Shown here piece by piece: positions 62,107 to 64,000 of a stretch of 64,000 nucleotides of DNA (its first letter is position 1; every line of letters starts with the position of its first letter). This stretch comes from a virus. The stretch spans positions 1 through 64,000 of the IMG/VR virus record IMGVR_UViG_3300049489_000993; one strand, given 5' to 3'. Made by a program: the position numbers and the translations under genes. The notes under the pieces are model-generated. The model ran no database searches and was not told where the DNA came from. It saw nothing but the letters and a program-made list of their open reading frames with translations.

Positions 62107-63207
62107 TCATGGGGTAGCCTTCCACAGTAGGAGCTTGGGCGGTTCCGTCCAGCGTTTGCGGCGAGGGCTCTTGGGGACATCTTCGGCGGTCGCGGACGCC
62201 GGTGGGTGGAATGTGCCTATGGGCTCGCCGACTTTGAGCCCGGTGCTGTGGCCGGCGCGCTTGCGCCCGGCTTGGACCGATTGCCCTTTGGGGAGCATGC
62301 GGGCGCCGCGGCCTTCGCTCTTGGCGGTCTCTGCTTCGTCCTCGCTCTCGGCGGGGGCTTCTGGTACTAGCTCACCATTGAGCCAGCGTAACCCCTTGGA
62401 AACGCTCACCATTTCGCAGGCACACCAAGGATGAACTCCCTCAACCGTGGCGCGCAGGTTCTTGCCCTTGCGCCCGACATTGGAGCCGTGGGCACGCAGC
62501 TCGCCGATCGTGAAGATGCGTGGGTTGCCGTTGGCGTCCAGGTACGCGGCTCGGCACGCGCTACAGGCCCCTGGGGAAGGGATCTTGCTCACGCCCGCCC
62601 CGGAGCCGCCCCGTTTCTCGATCGTGGCTGCAATGCCTTCCTGCATCGCGTTGTTGACCTCCGTGGTGGCGATGCGCTGCCAGTCGCGAGTCCAGTTGCC
62701 CATGGAGTGCCCGAGGTCGCTCTTGAGCTGCTCGATGGTTTCGCGTTTGGCGATGGCGGCGGCGGTCTTGTCGCGGATGATCTCTACCATCCGCTCCGGC
62801 GTGAGGTTGGCCTCGGCGCCGGTGACCTCGGCCATGACCTGCCCGGCGACGCGCGCGCCGAGCCCGACCACGTACTGCCCCGCGTGCTTCTGCGCCATGT
62901 CGACCGAGGCGCGCTCTTGCTCTGACAGGGCGAGCGGGAGCTTGTTCTCCGCAACGAGCTGGGCGACCTCGGCGACGGTCTTGGTGGCGAGCTTGGGGTC
63001 ACGCAGGATGGCCAAGAGCTGCCCATAGGCGAAGGGGTCTCGGATCAAGTCCTCGGAGGAGGGCACCTTGATGCCGGCGGCTTGGAGGTCTTTCAGGAGA
63101 TCGGGCGGGAGCGAGCGTGCGCCGAATACGGCGAGGGCGATGGCGGCGTGGTGGCGGGCAATGGTCGCGCGCACCCGTTCGAGTTGTTCCGCCGACCACA
63201 AGGGCAT
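62107..63207 (-). CDS. MuF/SPP1 gp7-like head morphogenesis protein
   Basis: W.RDWQRIA.TE..NA..EG; AC..C...Y.....P..F...EL; HPWC.C. Confidence 0.85.
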   Translation of the reverse strand: MPLWSAEQLERVRATIARHHAAIALAVFGARSLPPDLLKDLQAAGIKVPSSEDLIRDPFAYGQLLAILRDPKLATKTVAEVAQLVAENKLPLALSEQERASVDMAQKHAGQYVVGLGARVAGQVMAEVTGAEANLTPERMVEIIRDKTAAAIAKRETIEQLKSDLGHSMGNWTRDWQRIATTEVNNAMQEGIAATIEKRGGSGAGVSKIPSPGACSACRAAYLDANGNPRIFTIGELRAHGSNVGRKGKNLRATVEGVHPWCACEMVSVSKGLRWLNGELVPEAPAESEDEAETAKSEGRGARMLPKGQSVQAGRKRAGHSTGLKVGEPIGTFHPPASATAEDVPKSPRRKRWTEPPKLLLWKATP

Positions 63208-63234
63208 TTGGCGCGCTCCCAGCCGCTTTGTGGG

Positions 63235-63498
63235 CTACTCGGCGAGGATCTTCGCGATGTCGTCCACCATGCGGCCCAGCATGGTCTCGTACAGGGCCGC
63301 GCTTCGATCGACGAGGGTTTGTGGCATGCGATGGCGCAGGCGCTTGGGCTCGCGCTCAGCCTTCTCGATCGCGCCGTGGTCGCCATGCCCATGGACGTCG
63401 ACGCCGAGATGGCACGCAACGGCGGCAACGAGCTTCGCCCGCACACCGAGGTTGCCCTCAGTGCCGGGCGGCAGTTCGATCGTGACGCGCGCCTGCAT
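63235..63498 (-). CDS. hypothetical head-region protein
   Basis: Compact ORF with an IEKA site. Confidence 0.65.
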   Translation of the reverse strand: MQARVTIELPPGTEGNLGVRAKLVAAVACHLGVDVHGHGDHGAIEKAEREPKRLRHRMPQTLVDRSAALYETMLGRMVDDIAKILAE

Positions 63499-63507
63499 GG
63501 CGCCTGG

Positions 63508-63924
63508 CTACGCGTACCGCTTGGCGATACGCGCTTCCACCGAGAGGTCAGCAACGGCGGTGGCCACCGTGCCGGTCTCGACGGTAATGACGTCGCCCGC
63601 GACGATGCTCGCGACGGCGTCTGAGAGCGGGAGCGCGATCTTGACGGTCCCGTCGGCGTCCGCGTTGTCGATGGACGCGACCGCGGCAAGAATCGAACTT
63701 CCGTTCTTCTTGACGTCGATCACGGTCGCCGATGCCGAGCCGCAATCGCGAGCGCGCACGACGACCTCCCTGAAGGCCAGCGGGCCACGAGCGACCATGG
63801 CGAACAGGATGTCGCTGGCCGACGGCGCCGTCTTCTCGTGCAACATGATGCTCTCCGAGAAGTCTTCGGCGCCTTGCACAGAATCAGCGTGCTCGGCGGG
63901 GGTGAGGGTGGTTTTCAGGGCCAT
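63508..63924 (-). CDS. hypothetical virion protein (beta-sandwich)
   Basis: AGGAG RBS; IDV.KNG.SI...AGD.ITV.......ADL.V. Confidence 0.7.
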   Translation of the reverse strand: MALKTTLTPAEHADSVQGAEDFSESIMLHEKTAPSASDILFAMVARGPLAFREVVVRARDCGSASATVIDVKKNGSSILAAVASIDNADADGTVKIALPLSDAVASIVAGDVITVETGTVATAVADLSVEARIAKRYA

Positions 63925-64000
63925 GTCTGCGTCTCCTTTGTGACGTGTGTGTTCTGCGATCCAGCCGCTACACGCCCGCCACGGCATATAGCACGAGCGC

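Noticed and set aside
1-64000. Alternative genetic code or DNA-modification gene cluster
   Set aside because: Core genes translate to full length with the standard code using all three stops, and no base-modification enzymes are recognisable in this window.

Overview
This is 64 kb of a GC-rich (about two-thirds G+C by eye) tailed phage genome with a contractile tail, coded almost entirely on the minus strand. In transcription order (right to left) it holds: (1) a head module with a MuF-like protein, a ~1,626-aa polyvalent SNF2-helicase/InPase protein carrying an intein, prohead protease, scaffold and major capsid protein; (2) an ~8 kb accessory virion block that includes a holin-like gene and a stand-alone MshEN-type protein; (3) neck, sheath, tube, chaperones, tape measure, baseplate and several fibre/receptor-binding genes; (4) a membrane-protein (lysis-like) cluster; (5) a divergent island of small early-type genes around 14 kb; (6) a replication module with two Rep-like wHTH genes, an SF2 helicase, DnaB, primase, a sigma-like/DUF2924 fusion, family A polymerase and a UvsY-like gene. 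No terminase, portal, integrase, tRNA, CRISPR array or clear endolysin is visible. The most notable observations are: a contiguous intein whose Vsr-like homing endonuclease is overprinted in the +1 frame; sharp A/T-ending-codon patches sitting on the conserved catalytic motifs of core genes; a phage MshEN-like protein; and a repeated promoter/operator family. All assignments come from motif recognition by eye, with no database searches.
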